Made by a program: the position numbers and the translations under genes. DNA of 63,979 nucleotides, counting the filler, from Rhabdomonas costata (lineage: Eukaryota): assembly GCA_019059605.1 (NCBI GenBank). It is 53 parts of 53 records of this genome, joined end to end, with 100 filler letters (N's around TTAATTAATTAA, not from the genome) between each part and the next. Parts side by side here need not be neighbours in the genome. Positions count along the whole stretch, not along the records: positions 60,453 to 61,561 come from JAHMHO010028161.1; positions 61,662 to 62,770 come from JAHMHO010028162.1; positions 62,871 to 63,979 come from JAHMHO010028163.1; 50 more parts are not named here. One strand, written 5' to 3'. The notes beneath the pieces are model-generated. The model saw only the letters and a program-made list of their open reading frames with translations. It had not been told where the DNA came from and did not search any database. How positions within the stretch are numbered: position 1 is the first letter of the stretch; the number at the start of each line of letters is the position of its first letter. This document shows, piece by piece, positions 60,696-63,979 of the stretch.

Positions 60696-60935
60696 CTTGA
60701 CAGTGCTGCTGGAAGGGGTGCCTGAACCAAAACCCAGGGCTTGCGCTCGGGCTAGCGCCGCCGGGCTGTCGTCCACCATCGTCTCCATGGGGACCCAGCT
60801 CACCTTGCTGGGCATCGGTGCACTCTGCGGTACATGGTTACTGCTGGAGGGGCCTTCACCGCAGGCTGCCTGCAGTGATTGCTGGGAATGCCCCAGGTGT
60901 CCTGCAAGAAGGATCTGGCGGTGGATCTCCGTCTC
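60696..60935 (-). CDS. Probable exon of an unknown protein
   Basis: cag|ETEIHRQILLAGHLGHSQQ...SSTVK|gtactg, preceded by a (CAG/CTG)n tract at ~60943-60963. Confidence 0.4.
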
Positions 60936-61661
60936 CTGAGACGCAGCAGCAGCAGCAGCAGCAAAGGAAGCACCCGCACAGTGTCCAGGGGGAATCATGC
61001 AAAGACAATCGCGGAAAGGCTGCAAACTGACCCCTAGAATAAATGAATAAATGGGGAGCTATCTCACAAGCCCCCTCCCCTCGCTCAAAAGTGGGGCGAG
61101 GGGCTCATCTGGCAGGATGGATTACAAACTAAAAACCATTCAAAACAAAAGAAAATACCTCATTGGTGATGATTCCCGCCATGGCAAGCCCCTCAAGCCT
61201 CAACAAGGACTGCAGTAGACTAGCCATAGTCTCTCTCTCTACTTCTCTCTACCTCTCACACTAACTTTGCTAATTCTGATCTCACCACACCACCAGTGCT
61301 CTGTATCGTATACAGAGCGAAACAAAGAACGAAAAAGAGAAGTGATGACAGAAGGGATCTCCGGTCAGAAGAGCAAAAGTCTGGACTGAAAAAGGGCGCT
61401 GCGAACAGTCAATATCAGGATAGAAAGTCTGCCATGAAAGTGACAGGTCACCCCAACCCCGTTTCTGAAGCGGCATAGAATCGATCGAGGGTCGATCCTA
61501 CGTTGCCTTAAGCCAAGCCTTGATCTGGTGGTGGTCAAAGCAGCACCGCAGCTTTGGCTTCNNNNNNNNNNNNNNNNNNNNNNNNNNNNNNNNNNNNNNN
61601 NNNNNTTAATTAATTAANNNNNNNNNNNNNNNNNNNNNNNNNNNNNNNNNNNNNNNNNNNN

Positions 61662-62753
61662 TTTTGGAGAGGGGTATGCTGAGCACGGCGCAGGCCCCGA
61701 CCAGCGCCGGCACGGTGCCCGGGGTGAGGTTCAGGGTCACCGCCGCCGCGGAGCAGGCGCCGTACAGGTACAGTCCCACTCCCCCCAACAGCGCTGTGCG
61801 TACCCCGGCAAGAACATCAACACATATATACACCAAGCGAACCTATAGAGGAGATGCTGGTCGTGTGCCCGCTGATAATCATTACCAAACAGGACCCCCA
61901 GAGTGCACACACATTCTTGGGAGCCACTGTATTTTTTCGGGGGGGGGGGCGTTAAACGTTAAATGCTTCAAATGACATCATCGAGTGGAACAGCCACACT
62001 TTACCCAACCCTCCGTGCTCGGAGTCCCACAACGTGCACAAAGTCCCAAAACGTTTAACGGCGTGAAACGTTTGACCCTCACCCCCCAAAACTATGCGAT
62101 TGTCCTCGTTCTTGATTTCCTGCAACTGCCAAGAAGCTTGGTGGAAAAGAGGCCAACAATAACCCTTGCAAGCCGTCGCCCGGCGCCGACATGATAAGGC
62201 TTAACCTTACACTCTGTAGGCCTTAGGGAAGCAATAACGGCTCACGCAGCCCTCAAAAATGAATTCCACAAGGCTCGAACAGAAAGAAACCCAATATAGA
62301 CCTTCACCGCGAGCTGGAAAGCTTCCAGTGTAATGAAAGGTGAGCAGTCCTTTCACCAACAATTATGGGTCCCGGCCCCCAACAACCAGTGTAGATCAAC
62401 TTATGGCGCGTCCTTTGGTCCGACACCGGTCCCAAAGGACCCCTGAAACTCATGTGGGAAGTCACCCAGTGAATGGGCGAGGTCCACCCTACGAAGTGAC
62501 CACTGAAGATGAGTCTAGAGAAGACTACCGCTGGAAACGACAACAAACGAATTCATTCACATACACACACAACAGCAGCAGGTAAAGTCGACCATAGAGG
62601 ACGGCAATGGAGCCGTAGGAGAGGTGGACCAGGGCCTCGTAGCGGTTGGGGTCCACCATGGTGCGGAAGATTGCCGGGAATAGGGTGTTGCCACTGAACG
62701 ACACCAGAAGTAGCCCCAGGGACAGCGGCAGCCCGCTCCACCGAACAGCTACC
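61662..62753 (-). CDS. Amino acid/auxin permease family transporter, AVT1/VIAAT-like (exons 62753-62593 and 61793-61662)
   Basis: LPLSLGLLLVSFSGNTLFPAIFRTMVDPNRY...LY|ALLGGVGLYLYG...VTLNL...IPLSK matches the Aa_trans pattern G...F.GH..FP.I..SM..P..Y...GY..FG.....TLNL...P.TK. Confidence 0.85.
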
Positions 62754-62929
62754 CTAAAAACCCACCCAACNNNNNNNNNNNNNNNNNNNNNNNNNNNNNN
62801 NNNNNNNNNNNNNNTTAATTAATTAANNNNNNNNNNNNNNNNNNNNNNNNNNNNNNNNNNNNNNNNNNNNGGTTGGGGGGGGGGTACTCCAAGGGCTCGA
62901 GTCTGTGTACTCGTTGTGCGAGTACACAC

Positions 62930-63863
62930 CGGGTCATTGGCTAGTGCCGAGGACAGCAGAGAATTGTTCGCGATGTCCTGCAGCAGCAACACGGGCTGCA
63001 TGCTCAACGGAAGTTGCTGCACATCGTTCATCGGCGCGCTGGTCGTGGGGGGCCTCACTACAAACAGCAGCGAGGTGGGCAGCCCCACGGTGACCTCGAA
63101 CTGGAACACTGCCGTGGCGGCAAAGCTTGAGTGTCGGACATGCAGGGTGTACCTGATTAGCGAGGCCCGGCCCCAAGCGCACATAGCCCACACCCTGTGG
63201 TGTTCCAGACAGTTGAGAGAAGCACGAGCTGCATGTGGCACTGCCCACTCTATGGCCTGTCTTCCTGATGGATCCTTTTGGGGAGGCGAGGCCGACAAGG
63301 ACACCAAGAGTCATTTCGCCGAAGTACTTATAAAACCCCTCAAAATCGTGCTATTGCGGACACAATTTTGGATTTTTCGCTGTTCAGATTCAATCTCAGA
63401 TTCTTGCTCCTCCTCCTCCTCCTTCTTCTTCTTCTTCTTCTTGCTTTTACCACAGTCCGGAGTGTGTTGCGAATTGCCGAGGAAGGGACGAGATTTCCCC
63501 ATGTTGTGACCTCCTGTGTGGAAAAGCGTTGGTATATCGACCGACAGTCCGGTGGAGGGGAGTGCACCTGAGAAACTCGTGGCCAAGTGCTCTGGAGAGA
63601 GGAGAGTGGGGCGTTCGAAAGAGAAGCGGAGCCTTCCAACCACAATACCAGGAAGACATTTGTCCAATAACTATTTCAGCAACTTCCTCATCCCAATTTC
63701 CTAATCTCCCTTCCCTTTGACGCGCATACAAGCCGACGGGTGGGTACGGGATCCACAGCCCCGAGACCACCGCCAGGCCATCTCGGGAGTACACCCCCAT
63801 CGTGCCGTTCATGATGTAGCTCCTGTTCTGGCTGCGCAGCGCCGTAGCAGCGGTGATGGAAGC
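62930..63863 (-). CDS. Extracellular beta-rich/Ig-like repeat protein (exons 63863-63730 and 63152-62930)
   Basis: GLAVVSGLWI..PPVGL|YTLHV...FEVTVGLPTSLLFVVRPP...QPVLLLQDIANN resembles bacterial-Ig-like adhesin repeats (G.A.F..L.I...G.YTL; P..L.F...P; QP.+.+.D..N). Confidence 0.55.
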
Positions 63864-63979
63864 CTGCTCCACCCATCCGTGCATGCCACCACCACTCCAC
63901 CAAGCCCACACATACACGACGATAATCACTTCAAAAGGCGAATAGCAACGAGAAAAAACACTCTGGAAAACAACCCCCC

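Noticed and set aside
1111-62870. Regularly spaced TTAATTAATTAA 'repeat array' resembling a CRISPR or tandem system
   Set aside because: Each copy is embedded in N runs. It is an artificial six-frame-stop linker. ORFs ending in X...LIN/N are artefacts of it.
1-63979. Gene neighbourhoods or operon-like systems spanning contigs (e.g. viral ORFs next to T9SS or receiver genes)
   Set aside because: Contigs appear ordered by length (~1.1 kb each), so adjacency across spacers is meaningless.

Overview
This window is not one contiguous locus. It is a concatenation of about 53 unrelated contigs of ~1.1 kb each, joined by artificial 100-nt spacers (44 N + TTAATTAATTAA + 44 N, stops in all six frames), so adjacency across a spacer carries no biological meaning. 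Most contigs come from one intron-rich, GC3-rich eukaryote. It is inferred to be euglenozoan/euglenid-like and uses GT-AG introns plus at least one GC-AG intron. By splicing exons by eye I recognise fragments of REV3, UTP12/WDR3, an R-S-E type ADP-ribosyltransferase, AMP deaminase, VWA8, poly(A) polymerase, UDP-glucose pyrophosphorylase, a mitochondrial carrier, an AVT1-like amino-acid transporter, a degenerate nucleotidyl cyclase, and LamG, ankyrin, RRM, FN3, START, glutaredoxin-like and receiver domains. There is also a gag remnant and an F-box/LRR ORF fused in frame to a non-LTR reverse-transcriptase fragment. Two AT-rich, intronless contigs (8468-9576 and 20558-21667) look like Mimiviridae/Imitervirales giant-virus DNA: both have 3' palindromic hairpins and the first also has the AAAATTGA promoter motif. 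Two contigs are bacterial: an Ignavibacteria/Bacteroidota-like contig with a T9SS C-terminal domain, and an enterobacterial glnE that appears mosaic. G/T-rich contig starts, C/A-rich contig ends and terminal fold-backs point to whole-genome amplification artefacts. All family assignments come from motif recognition by eye, not database searches.
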